This document shows, in pieces, positions 9,118 through 18,295 of a DNA stretch of 64,000 nucleotides. Source of the DNA: a virus (lineage: Duplodnaviria; Heunggongvirae; Uroviricota; Caudoviricetes); the IMG/VR virus record IMGVR_UViG_3300042863_001217; one strand, given 5' to 3'. The notes beneath the pieces are model-generated. The model made no database searches and had not been told where the DNA came from. It worked only from the letters and a program-made list of their open reading frames with translations. A program made the position numbers and the translations under genes. Each line of letters starts with the position of its first letter. Position 1 is the stretch's first letter.

Positions 9118-9147
9118 AAAAAAAAGACCTCTTAATTAGAGGCCTTC
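9118..9147 (-). terminator. Rho-independent terminator (minus strand)
   Basis: Minus strand reads AGGCCTCTAATTAAGAGGTCT followed by TTTTTTTT, just downstream of the stop at 9172. Confidence 0.55.
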
Positions 9148-9171
9148 TGTGTGTGTATTGTGTGTGTTTGA

Positions 9172-9861
9172 TTATACGCTATAACCTTCACCTTTTAAAT
9201 AGTCTGTAACATCGTTAAGTGCATCTTCAAATCCTTTAGAAGATTCAACACCAGCATTAGGTCCCCATTCTTGATCCATCCAATCTTCTAATGAAGACCA
9301 CATACTATCTTTCCAGTCTTTGTTTTTTGGAAATTCATCCATAAATTCATCTCCAATATTATAAGAGTCAATATCAGACCATTTTTTCTTTTCGTTTAAT
9401 GTTTTAGAAAATTGTTCGAATAGTTTAATGTGTTTCATTCCGTGTTTGGTACTCGATGTGTTTGATTCATTAATATCGTATCCATCCCAGTCCCATTTGT
9501 AACCTTTACCATCAGCAGCTGTACCTTGATAACCATACATTCCTTTTGTAAATCCATCAAAGAATATAGCAACTCCATTGTCTTCAAGCTCTTGAGCTTT
9601 TTCTCTTGCAGCATCTTCATCGATGGCTTCAACTGTAACATCACCATTGTATACTATGTATAAGATTCCTTTATCAAATGTTAATTCAGCTCCATGGAAC
9701 CATTCTTCACCATCATTTTCTTCGTCATTCATTGGTTCTTCACCCATTTCGAAGTTAGGTATTTGTGAGAGTCCAAATTTTAGAGCCTCTTTTTCTGTTT
9801 TATAGAAATTTACTTGAGAATAATCAGGTGCATTTTCTGCTACGTAATATACTTTTGCCAT
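9172..9861 (-). CDS. Hypothetical protein with an internal in-frame copy of the conserved MKHIKLFEQF leader
   Basis: 229-aa ORF. Residues ...STKHG-MKHIKLFEQFSKTLNE... lie mid-protein. This could be two genes fused in frame, or an alternative start. Confidence 0.45.
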   Translation of the reverse strand: MAKVYYVAENAPDYSQVNFYKTEKEALKFGLSQIPNFEMGEEPMNDEENDGEEWFHGAELTFDKGILYIVYNGDVTVEAIDEDAAREKAQELEDNGVAIFFDGFTKGMYGYQGTAADGKGYKWDWDGYDINESNTSSTKHGMKHIKLFEQFSKTLNEKKKWSDIDSYNIGDEFMDEFPKNKDWKDSMWSSLEDWMDQEWGPNAGVESSKGFEDALNDVTDYLKGEGYSV

Positions 9862-9878
9862 TTTATTTTTATTTTATT

Positions 9879-10565
9879 TTATTTATCTAACATTGCATTC
9901 TGCAATTCTTTAAGTTTTGCTTCAGCTTCTTTTTGTCCTTTTTCTGTTTTTTTATAGACCTCTTTTTTTTCTTTAACATTATCACAACCAATCTTATAAT
10001 CACTACAAGAATATTGTGCTCCTGTTAAAGAATGTGCTGCTTCACTAAATGCTGCCCCAGCATTTTTGTACTCAGTAATGTAATATGAAAGCCAAGCTTT
10101 AGTTTCTGCAGAAAAATCTTTGCTTATTTTTTGCATTTTATCTTCAAGTTTTTTTGCATTAACTTCATTTTCATCTTCGATAGCTTTGTCTCTTTTAGCA
10201 AGACCGTCCATCATTCTTTCTTCTTCAGCTGGACAATTGTTTTTCATATAAGACCATCTAAAAGATTGTCTACTATTTATGAGCGTGTTATATTTGTTTA
10301 TAAATTTAGCAAGTTGACCATATTCCTCTTTGGCATCAGCTCCACCTTGTAGTTCTGCTAATTCACCTTCCATTTCAACTTTCTGTGCATCCAAGTCTGA
10401 TAATTGAAGCTCAGCTTCATCTTCATCCATGTCTCCTTTTTCTACAGCAGACTGAATTTCTTCCATTCTATCATCAAGTTCAGTTAGATCATTTTGAAGA
10501 TCTTTGATTTTTTTGTCATTACTAGCCTCACCAATAAATTGTTCAAATAGTTTAATATGTTTCAT
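9879..10565 (-). CDS. Leader-family protein (MKHIKLFEQFIGE...), coiled-coil rich
   Basis: Conserved N-terminal decapeptide. Acidic coiled-coil body. Confidence 0.6.
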   Translation of the reverse strand: MKHIKLFEQFIGEASNDKKIKDLQNDLTELDDRMEEIQSAVEKGDMDEDEAELQLSDLDAQKVEMEGELAELQGGADAKEEYGQLAKFINKYNTLINSRQSFRWSYMKNNCPAEEERMMDGLAKRDKAIEDENEVNAKKLEDKMQKISKDFSAETKAWLSYYITEYKNAGAAFSEAAHSLTGAQYSCSDYKIGCDNVKEKKEVYKKTEKGQKEAEAKLKELQNAMLDK

Positions 10566-10600
10566 GTTTGTATTTTGTTTTTATTTTTGTTTTTATTTAA

Positions 10601-11344
10601 TTAGTCCCAAACTTCAGTGTATGTACCACCTACTAACATTACTCCTTGTTGCCAATCAAAATCTAAACGATCCTTTTTGAACATGTAATGTAATTTAATA
10701 ATAGATTCAGTTTCTTCTTCTGATAAACCTAATGCAATATTAAGATCTTTTATTTTGTATGCTTTATCGTAAGATTTTGTGATGTGTACTGATGCTTGAC
10801 TTCCGTAACCTTGATCTCTTGATCCAATTTGTTTATACTCTGCTTTATCTGCTTTCCAAAATGCAAGTATACGTTGGATCATATCGCTGGTTAGAGCTTC
10901 TTTTTGTGTAGATTTAATCCAATTTTTAATATCTTTAGCGAAATTAACTTTCTTTGGATTTGATACATCAATTGCTGTGTAATAATTTATGTAATCTTGT
11001 CCAGATACACCTATACTAGCTCTACCTGGTTTTGGTTGTGCTTTACTAATAACTTCAAAATACGTATAAGAAGCTTTAATATACATTGGACTTATATTAC
11101 AGTCTTGTAATATCTTTGCTCGTTTTTTGTCAATCCATGACCAATCAGGAGCCTCATATGAATTAGTTATTTGCACATATCCATTACTGTAGTCATATGT
11201 TTTAGAATCTTTACCACCTCTTTGGTAACCTACATCTGAAAGGTTTGATAATAAAGCTTTTTCGAAATCTTGTACTAATGCAACTTCTTCAGGATTTACT
11301 TCACCTTCATTAATGAATTGTTCAAATAATTTAATCTTCTTCAT
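10601..11344 (-). CDS. Leader-family protein (MKKIKLFEQFINEG...)
   Basis: Conserved N-terminus. 247 aa. Confidence 0.6.
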   Translation of the reverse strand: MKKIKLFEQFINEGEVNPEEVALVQDFEKALLSNLSDVGYQRGGKDSKTYDYSNGYVQITNSYEAPDWSWIDKKRAKILQDCNISPMYIKASYTYFEVISKAQPKPGRASIGVSGQDYINYYTAIDVSNPKKVNFAKDIKNWIKSTQKEALTSDMIQRILAFWKADKAEYKQIGSRDQGYGSQASVHITKSYDKAYKIKDLNIALGLSEEETESIIKLHYMFKKDRLDFDWQQGVMLVGGTYTEVWD

Positions 11345-11354
11345 ATCTGTTTTA

Positions 11355-11903
11355 TTATTTTGCGTCTATTGATAAGAATAGGCTTTGTCTAATCTCTATG
11401 TTGTTTTGACCAACACTCGACATATATTCTCCTGCTATGATAGTTTCAATTCCAGATACTAATGCGTCGTTTTGCATTCCACTTAGTTTTCTTACATATT
11501 TACCAGCATCTACATCATCTGCAAATCCAACGTTAATTACAAAATCACTAGGAATTCTAACGAATAACTCTGTACCATCTGGTCTATTAAGACCATTAAT
11601 TTGATCATCTACCCATTCTTGTTTGCTTAATGCAGCCATAATATAAACAATAGCTTCTTTATCTTTGACTTGTTTCATAACTTCGTCAGCAATAATCTCA
11701 GCTCCTTCTTTATCAGCCCATTTTGACCAAACTTGATTAATTTCTTTAAGAGTATCTTGAACGTCTCCTTCAAATTTTATTTTTTCAACCTCTTTTTTAA
11801 ATGCAAATAACACTTTTCCAGCGATACCTTTAGCACCATACATACCTGTCATTTGATATGCTTTTTCATTTACGAATTGTTCGAATAATTTAATGTGTTT
11901 CAT
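11355..11903 (-). CDS. Leader-family protein (MKHIKLFEQFVNEK...)
   Basis: Conserved N-terminus. 182 aa. Confidence 0.6.
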   Translation of the reverse strand: MKHIKLFEQFVNEKAYQMTGMYGAKGIAGKVLFAFKKEVEKIKFEGDVQDTLKEINQVWSKWADKEGAEIIADEVMKQVKDKEAIVYIMAALSKQEWVDDQINGLNRPDGTELFVRIPSDFVINVGFADDVDAGKYVRKLSGMQNDALVSGIETIIAGEYMSSVGQNNIEIRQSLFLSIDAK

Positions 11904-11906
11904 GTT

Positions 11907-12224
11907 CTATTTAGATATTTTATTCTTGCTTTCAAATTCAGTTACTTTAGCATATGCCGAAGACTTCATATCGCCTTTTGCTTTTTTAACAAGTTCTGCG
12001 AACTCTTTAGCTGTTTTCATGTCTGGAAATGGAAGTGAAGTTGTATAATCTGGTCCACTATATACATCAAATGGTGCATATTGATCATATTCTTGTTCTG
12101 TATAAACTCCAAATTGATCACTTTCTATATCAATGATGTTTTCTTTTTTAATAGGAAGGAATACTATCCATTCTTGAGATTTTCCTTCTTTTACGAATTC
12201 TTCATATAATTTTGCGTACTTCAT
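11907..12224 (-). CDS. Leader-family protein (MKYAKLYEEFVKEG...)
   Basis: Conserved N-terminus. 105 aa. Confidence 0.55.
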   Translation of the reverse strand: MKYAKLYEEFVKEGKSQEWIVFLPIKKENIIDIESDQFGVYTEQEYDQYAPFDVYSGPDYTTSLPFPDMKTAKEFAELVKKAKGDMKSSAYAKVTEFESKNKISK

Positions 12225-12817
12225 TATGTCATTTTTGGGTATTTTTTCTTAATTTCTTTATAGAATTTCTTGTAGTTTGTACCAGACATGTGATCTTCAG
12301 CTGCTCTAAGCAAATCTTCTAAAGAAGTCCACATTGTATTTGCTAATTGGTCTTGTGTTGTTGAAACTTGAGCCATTCTGTCTAGAATAGAATCAATTAT
12401 TTCAGGATTTAAAACAGTTTCAGTGCTAGGTTTTTCTGGACCCGCTGCTCTTTTAAGTGTCCACCAATCAACTTTCTTAGGAATAGTGTATGAAACAATT
12501 CCTTTTTGTTGGTCATTTGGACTAATTTGTCCAGGTTTTCCAATATTACTAGTGATTTTATCTAAATCTAAATTATCATCAAAACCTTTTAATGCTTTCT
12601 GAATATCTTTAGTTAGATCCACATCTGCCATATTTGGCTCGGTTCTAAGATATATCATTGAAGTCGATGACATGTTAAATTCAACGCCTTTTACTTTAGA
12701 AAGCTCTTTCTTAAATTGTTTTTGATACTCATCAACATCTAACCCATTATTATATCCTGGGAAAATATCCATCTTAGCTTCATTAATAAATTCTTCGTAT
12801 AGTTTTATGTACTTCAT
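12224..12817 (-). CDS. Leader-family protein (MKYIKLYEEFINEA...)
   Basis: Conserved N-terminus. 197 aa. Start overlaps the neighbouring stop (ATGA). Confidence 0.6.
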   Translation of the reverse strand: MKYIKLYEEFINEAKMDIFPGYNNGLDVDEYQKQFKKELSKVKGVEFNMSSTSMIYLRTEPNMADVDLTKDIQKALKGFDDNLDLDKITSNIGKPGQISPNDQQKGIVSYTIPKKVDWWTLKRAAGPEKPSTETVLNPEIIDSILDRMAQVSTTQDQLANTMWTSLEDLLRAAEDHMSGTNYKKFYKEIKKKYPKMT

Positions 12818-13101
12818 TATTTCTTTTTTATGTTTTTACCATTTGGTGTTAATTCTCCGTTATCATCCATCACCGTAAAATGTTCTCTCGAATTTCCTTG
12901 TGTTAATTCTATAGATAAACCTTTGTTCATACCACCTGATTCAGTTGAAGACCACAATCTAACTACAGTCCAAATACCTTTTTCACCTTCAACTTTAACC
13001 TTATCCCATGTCTTAACTTCAGTTTGATCAGTAAATGATTTTATTAATTTATCTTCATTAGACTCGTTAATAAAATCTTCGTATAGTTTTGCATATTTCA
13101 T
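12817..13101 (-). CDS. Leader-family protein (MKYAKLYEDFINES...)
   Basis: Conserved N-terminus. 94 aa. Confidence 0.55.
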   Translation of the reverse strand: MKYAKLYEDFINESNEDKLIKSFTDQTEVKTWDKVKVEGEKGIWTVVRLWSSTESGGMNKGLSIELTQGNSREHFTVMDDNGELTPNGKNIKKK

Positions 13102-13122
13102 TTGATTGTCTGTATTATTTTA

Positions 13123-14004
13123 TTATATATCATAATCTTCTATTGTTTCAGGACGAGTCCATCTTCTAAGATCACCTATCCAATCTTCTAATCTATAAGG
13201 GTGTTCCCAATATGGTGGTTTAGGTATGGTTAGTTTAGGTACTTTTAATCTATCACCATCTCTGGCTTCTAACCATTTGGTTTTCTTTTTAAGCTTTTTT
13301 ACTATTTGTAGTAGAGTTACTTTGTCTTCAGAGTGCAGCGCCCATTCACCATTAATAGGTAAAAGATCATGACGAGTACATGCTAATGCAATTGATTCTA
13401 CTCTTGTAAAGATTCTTATTTGAGTTCCAGGTTCAACGATAGTTATTGCTTGTTGATTCTTGATTTGATTTTCCCATATACCTAAGACAGTTGCGTATGC
13501 ACCTTCTGTAATTTGTCCAGGTCCATATGCATTAAAGAAATAAAATATGTGTGATTTAAGATTGCTCCATTTTTGGTGCTTTTTAATAAGATCTACATTT
13601 TGTTTTTTGTACCAACTATATGGTGAAAGATCTTGATCTTTTTGTCCAAAATGTGATGAAGATGCTGAATAAATTAGGATTGCATTTTGATTTATAGCTA
13701 ATCTTATAATTTGACTAGTTCCTTCAACACATGAAGATTGCACCTTTTCTATTTCTTGATATGATTGATGTATACGAGAATATTCTCCAAAGTGGTAGAT
13801 TTTATCAATCTCAAATCTTTCTAGTAATCGAAGAGCATCTTGAGTTCTACCTTCTATATACTGTACACCTTGAATATGATTAGATTTTAGGCCAGTAGAA
13901 TAATCATCTAGTGAAACTATTTTTGTATGCGGTTTCTCAGTAAGCAATGACTTAATAAGATGTGTTCCGATGAATCCTGCTCCTCCTGTTACTAATGTAT
14001 ACAT
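13123..14004 (-). CDS. NAD-dependent sugar epimerase/dehydratase
   Basis: N-terminal Rossmann motif VTGGAGFIGTHL. Confidence 0.7.
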   Translation of the reverse strand: MYTLVTGGAGFIGTHLIKSLLTEKPHTKIVSLDDYSTGLKSNHIQGVQYIEGRTQDALRLLERFEIDKIYHFGEYSRIHQSYQEIEKVQSSCVEGTSQIIRLAINQNAILIYSASSSHFGQKDQDLSPYSWYKKQNVDLIKKHQKWSNLKSHIFYFFNAYGPGQITEGAYATVLGIWENQIKNQQAITIVEPGTQIRIFTRVESIALACTRHDLLPINGEWALHSEDKVTLLQIVKKLKKKTKWLEARDGDRLKVPKLTIPKPPYWEHPYRLEDWIGDLRRWTRPETIEDYDI

Positions 14005-14011
14005 ATTTTAA

Positions 14012-14788
14012 TTATTTAGTTCCTAGCCAACTGTAATATTCTCTCCATCCATGCTTGACTAATGTAAATTGTTTAGGATCTCTTAAATATGTTAGATCAA
14101 AAATCTTTTCATCGCTTCCAATAAAATTCCTATCTAAGCAAAAACCTATTGTCTTATTTATCTCATTCATGTACCAATCTATTTTCCATGCTGGACAAAC
14201 GAATGCTCCACCTTGTATATGTCTTTGTTGTGAAAGAGTGTGCCATTCTGGATCTGGTATTGCAAAATCTAAATTGTGTGTAAAATGCATTATAGTATCC
14301 ATTGATAGTTTTTCTATATTAGGCCAAGTTTCTGGATAATCCATATCTTCTCTAATACCACCTGCATCTACCCATATTAAATGAGTTGCGTCTTTATGTA
14401 ATTTAAGTGCTTCATTTAAAAAGAAGATCTTATTGAACATTACTATATTATATAAAGGATAATTCATTTCAGGTACATGATCCCAATGTCTTTTCTTTAA
14501 AAATTCATCATCATGCATAACTTGATCTATTTTAGTGAACCAAGTCTTGTATGCTTCTAAATCTTCTATTGAGTTTATTACGTATGTGGTCATTTCTCCA
14601 GTTGGATCTACTTCAGATCTCATCTGTCTAATTCTTTCTTCGAACTTAGATTCTGTAAAAACCACCATATTAGCCCTAAGACTAAGTGCTCTTTGCATCC
14701 AATGTAAATATGTGTGATATGATTGTGCGAAATCTTTCCATTCAGATCTACCAATATCATAAAGTGCCGTAATAACTAATGGTTTCAT
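14012..14788 (-). CDS. Hypothetical protein in the glycan island, possible sugar transferase
   Basis: 258-aa ORF sitting between the epimerase and the putative glycosyltransferases. No firm motif. Confidence 0.3.
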   Translation of the reverse strand: MKPLVITALYDIGRSEWKDFAQSYHTYLHWMQRALSLRANMVVFTESKFEERIRQMRSEVDPTGEMTTYVINSIEDLEAYKTWFTKIDQVMHDDEFLKKRHWDHVPEMNYPLYNIVMFNKIFFLNEALKLHKDATHLIWVDAGGIREDMDYPETWPNIEKLSMDTIMHFTHNLDFAIPDPEWHTLSQQRHIQGGAFVCPAWKIDWYMNEINKTIGFCLDRNFIGSDEKIFDLTYLRDPKQFTLVKHGWREYYSWLGTK

Positions 14789-14801
14789 TGCTAAATTTTA
14801 T

Positions 14802-15536
14802 TTATATCCAAGACCACTCTACTCTAATGCCCTTATGTTTAATATGTATCTTATCTACATCAAAATGATTTGATCTACTTTGATTATTAAAAATAGTGTC
14901 AAGTGTAAATCCGTCTTTATTTAATATAGTTGGCACAAATCCTTCAGAATATCCATGTACACCATTTAGTAATAAATCTGTTATGTGACGTAGACTTTTA
15001 TTTGAGAATCTAACAATTGGAAAGAATGATCCAAATAATTCACCATTTTTATTGATTTGGTCACCATCACCTGGAAATCTATCAAACCATAATGTATTAC
15101 TGTATGTGTTAGCATCAATTTCGGGAATGTTAGGTTGACTAGTCACTCCTTTGTTCTTAAATATGTAATAAGAAATAAAATCAGTATTGTTATTTTCAAA
15201 TGCTTTAAAGAATTCTGACCAATTATCACATACTAAGTCATCATCCATAAACCAATACCAATCTTCATTGGGATTAAGCATATAATAATATGCCATTCTA
15301 AGATGTGCATAGAACCAAATAATATTTCTATTACCTTGTTGATTCCACCAATGTAATTTACTAACATCACTTCTAAAATTAAAAAGATCTCTTACTTTTT
15401 GTTCATCATATTCTATTCCAATAGGTGCTCTATCAGATAAAAATTCAAAGTCAAAATCTACAGTTTTCCAATACGATTCATATGATTTAAATGTATTAGC
15501 ACATGTACATACTATTGTTTTAGACATATTGTTCAA
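14802..15536 (-). CDS. Putative glycosyltransferase (DxD-like motif WFMDDDLV)
   Basis: Acidic DDD motif typical of GT-A fold enzymes. Context only. Confidence 0.3.
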   Translation of the reverse strand: MNNMSKTIVCTCANTFKSYESYWKTVDFDFEFLSDRAPIGIEYDEQKVRDLFNFRSDVSKLHWWNQQGNRNIIWFYAHLRMAYYYMLNPNEDWYWFMDDDLVCDNWSEFFKAFENNNTDFISYYIFKNKGVTSQPNIPEIDANTYSNTLWFDRFPGDGDQINKNGELFGSFFPIVRFSNKSLRHITDLLLNGVHGYSEGFVPTILNKDGFTLDTIFNNQSRSNHFDVDKIHIKHKGIRVEWSWI

Positions 15537-16341
15537 TTATTTTTTCATTCCATTCAGGAATTCTATTATATTGATGTGCAATTTTGTACACTATGTTGTT
15601 TGAGTCAATCAAAACATTTTCTTGTAATTTAGGTAAACCATATTTTTTATCAATAGCTTTTCCTAAACCCCATTCTATATGTTGAAACGTAGGACCTGAT
15701 AATGAACAGTGAACTACCCAACCTTCATTAGGTTTAAAGATTTTACAATTATCAATTAAGTTCTTATAAATTAAAATATTAAATGCAGCTTGATCCCTTA
15801 TATCATGGCCTTTTAATGAACCATCTACTAAGTGTTGTTGCATTCTTAATGTTTTTACTAATGAATCTTTTTTACCACACATTACTCCACTACAAACCAC
15901 CTCATATTGTCTAATAAAATCTACATATTCTGGAAATGCTTTATTCATAACATCCATATTCCAAGGCTCTTCATTATGTAATACACCTTCTGATCCAGCA
16001 AAGAAATCATATTTGTCTAGTTCTAACATTTCAAATGGATCTGCTTGAAAGCAAACGTCAAATACATCGGTTACCATAAATAAATCATAAGGACTATTCT
16101 CTATCCAATTTGCAGTATGAATTAATCTACTATCATTAATTGTTAATCCTGGATCTGATTCAATAGCATGGAATTTAATTCCATTTAGATTTAAAACATT
16201 TCTATCTTGAGCATTCATATCAGCTCCAATAAGTACTACTTCACCGTCTTTTACATGTTTTTTAAAACTATTAGCCCAAACCCTAATTTTATCGATATTA
16301 TTGGTTACATTGTTGCTAACTCCTGTTAATACTTTTTTCAT
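15520..16341 (-). CDS. Hypothetical protein, possible nucleotide-sugar transferase
   Basis: 273-aa ORF in the glycan island. Confidence 0.3.
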   Translation of the reverse strand: MKKVLTGVSNNVTNNIDKIRVWANSFKKHVKDGEVVLIGADMNAQDRNVLNLNGIKFHAIESDPGLTINDSRLIHTANWIENSPYDLFMVTDVFDVCFQADPFEMLELDKYDFFAGSEGVLHNEEPWNMDVMNKAFPEYVDFIRQYEVVCSGVMCGKKDSLVKTLRMQQHLVDGSLKGHDIRDQAAFNILIYKNLIDNCKIFKPNEGWVVHCSLSGPTFQHIEWGLGKAIDKKYGLPKLQENVLIDSNNIVYKIAHQYNRIPEWNEKIIEQYV

Positions 16342-16342
16342 T

Positions 16343-16975
16343 TTAACAATTATGTAATTTATGTGTCAACATTTCATTTACACCAAATATTGTAGGCCAA
16401 CTATACTCTAGTGCCCATATTTGTGGATCGTTTCCATGTGCTCCTCCAGAAAATGAAGAAGTTGATATATTTTTTGCTATACTTTCCATTAGTTTTACGT
16501 AAAAATCTAATGATCTTTTCTTAATTTGATCTTTCTTTACAATACATTGCATACCACCTATAAACATAAATGGCAATTTATATTCAATTTCCATTTTTTC
16601 ACAGTAATCAATAGCTTGCTTAATACAACCATCATTATCTCTGATATAAGTTGGTCCAATTGGATAAAATGGTTTTGTAAAATCACAATCATTGATAAAT
16701 TCTACACAAGTTTCACAATCATGTTCGAATGGATTTCCTTGTAAGAATATTGTGTAATCAGCTAAATTGTACCAATTTGTTACAATATGATGTAGGTGTG
16801 TATGCGCATCTTTACCATAATTTAACAGATTTCTTTCAAATAAATGATTATCTGCTGCATTTTTATTGTAAATAGTTACTTTATACTTAAGTTTTTTTGT
16901 CCAAGATACATCTTCATTGTATTTAGCAACAACTGCTTCTATTGTCATAAAACTCTTTCTATTTTTGTACACCAA
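16343..16975 (-). CDS. Hypothetical protein
   Basis: 210-aa ORF in the glycan island. Confidence 0.35.
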   Translation of the reverse strand: MVYKNRKSFMTIEAVVAKYNEDVSWTKKLKYKVTIYNKNAADNHLFERNLLNYGKDAHTHLHHIVTNWYNLADYTIFLQGNPFEHDCETCVEFINDCDFTKPFYPIGPTYIRDNDGCIKQAIDYCEKMEIEYKLPFMFIGGMQCIVKKDQIKKRSLDFYVKLMESIAKNISTSSFSGGAHGNDPQIWALEYSWPTIFGVNEMLTHKLHNC

Positions 16976-18192
16976 CCTTTTGATGCGCTATGTGGCCAAA
17001 CAATCCACTTATATGGTTTTGGTCCTTGCAAGTCTACATGAATGTGTATCCAATCACCAGGTTGTTGTAATTTCTGAGAAATCTCATGGTCGTTTAAATC
17101 CTTTCTATAAACTGAAGTACCATCTTCTGATTCCATAATCACTGCACAAAAAGTGTAGTCTGTTTCAGTAAGCACAGATCTATGCACATCTATAATGTGT
17201 TTGAATATATGATGAAAACTATTATCATAATCTTCTACATGAGGATTAGGTGCAAGTTTATTAGATGTGGTCCATTGTTGTACTGCACGATCTCTAAGTC
17301 TAATACCTGCGTATCTTTCCCAATCTGCAATAGTTCTAACTCTACCTAATCCATATTTACCATAAATATCTTCTTCTGAATCAAATGACTCTCCATCAAT
17401 TCCTAATAGTTTACGAGTTTTTTCATGAGTTCTTGTGTTTCTCTTACCCCATTCTGAATCATCATCCCATTGTTTAGTTCTACCTTTACGAGTATATTCA
17501 TGCCACGCAATAATTTTATGTGGATGGAATAAATCATATCCGTGTGTAAATGCTCTAACTGCAATAGTAATCTCTTCACCATGAAAATAGAATTCTGGAT
17601 CATGTTGTACCTCTATTGCAAATTGACCTACTGTAAATGCGAAGTGTGCTGAATAAAATCTTGAAGGAATTGGTTCTGTCATATTTTCCCATCCTGGAAT
17701 TGTAGCAGGTAAAAAGAATATTACACCTTCTGGAGTAAATCTATCAAAATTCATTAACCATGGTGCTTGAGTTCTGCCCTTTGGATCGATTTCTGGATTA
17801 TATGATGAAATATAGCTTGTAAGTAATGGTTTAGCATGACCTTTAGCTTGTAAACCCCTTAGCATATTAATCAATTCAGTGTCCCAGTTTCTAATAAACC
17901 TATGATGACTATCTAATTGAAATGTATAAGTTTCACCTTGATAAAGTTGTTGAATGCTATTTCGTGCCCAACATGCTCCAGTTGAATCTTTATAATTTAC
18001 ATCTAAAATTCTAAATCGCGAATCGTTTTTATATTGATCTAATGTATCCCATGTATCTTCTTCGGAATGTTGCCAACATATACCAAATCTAAGACGATCT
18101 GGAAATTCAGCGTTTAGTAAACAATCCTTAAGAGTATTCAATAACTCTGGATCTCTGTAACTTGCAATTTGAATAAATATGGTTTCTTCCAT
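16945..18192 (-). CDS. Putative GT-A glycosyltransferase (GlcNAc-transferase-like)
   Basis: The N-terminus IFIQIASYRDPEL resembles the Pfam 'GlcNAc' transferase family. This is from memory only. Confidence 0.35.
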   Translation of the reverse strand: MEETIFIQIASYRDPELLNTLKDCLLNAEFPDRLRFGICWQHSEEDTWDTLDQYKNDSRFRILDVNYKDSTGACWARNSIQQLYQGETYTFQLDSHHRFIRNWDTELINMLRGLQAKGHAKPLLTSYISSYNPEIDPKGRTQAPWLMNFDRFTPEGVIFFLPATIPGWENMTEPIPSRFYSAHFAFTVGQFAIEVQHDPEFYFHGEEITIAVRAFTHGYDLFHPHKIIAWHEYTRKGRTKQWDDDSEWGKRNTRTHEKTRKLLGIDGESFDSEEDIYGKYGLGRVRTIADWERYAGIRLRDRAVQQWTTSNKLAPNPHVEDYDNSFHHIFKHIIDVHRSVLTETDYTFCAVIMESEDGTSVYRKDLNDHEISQKLQQPGDWIHIHVDLQGPKPYKWIVWPHSASKGWCTKIERVL

Positions 18193-18244
18193 ATGATATA
18201 ATAGTTTTAATTGTTATATTATATATCGGGTTTTTGTTTATAGC

Positions 18245-18271
18245 AAAAAAAAAGGGTCGCTTTGCGTCCCT
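18245..18271 (-). terminator. Rho-independent terminator (minus strand)
   Basis: GGGACGC-aaa-GCGACCC followed by TTTTTTTTT on the minus strand, after the stop at 18296. Confidence 0.55.
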
Positions 18272-18295
18272 TTAATATTTTATGTTAAACTATAA

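Noticed and set aside
14055-17603. Plus-strand small ORFs inside the minus-strand glycan island (14055..14339, 14535..14717, 16526..16744, 16844..17041, 16917..17138, 17403..17603)
   Set aside because: These are antisense to long, motif-supported genes. AT-rich sequence gives spurious ORFs.
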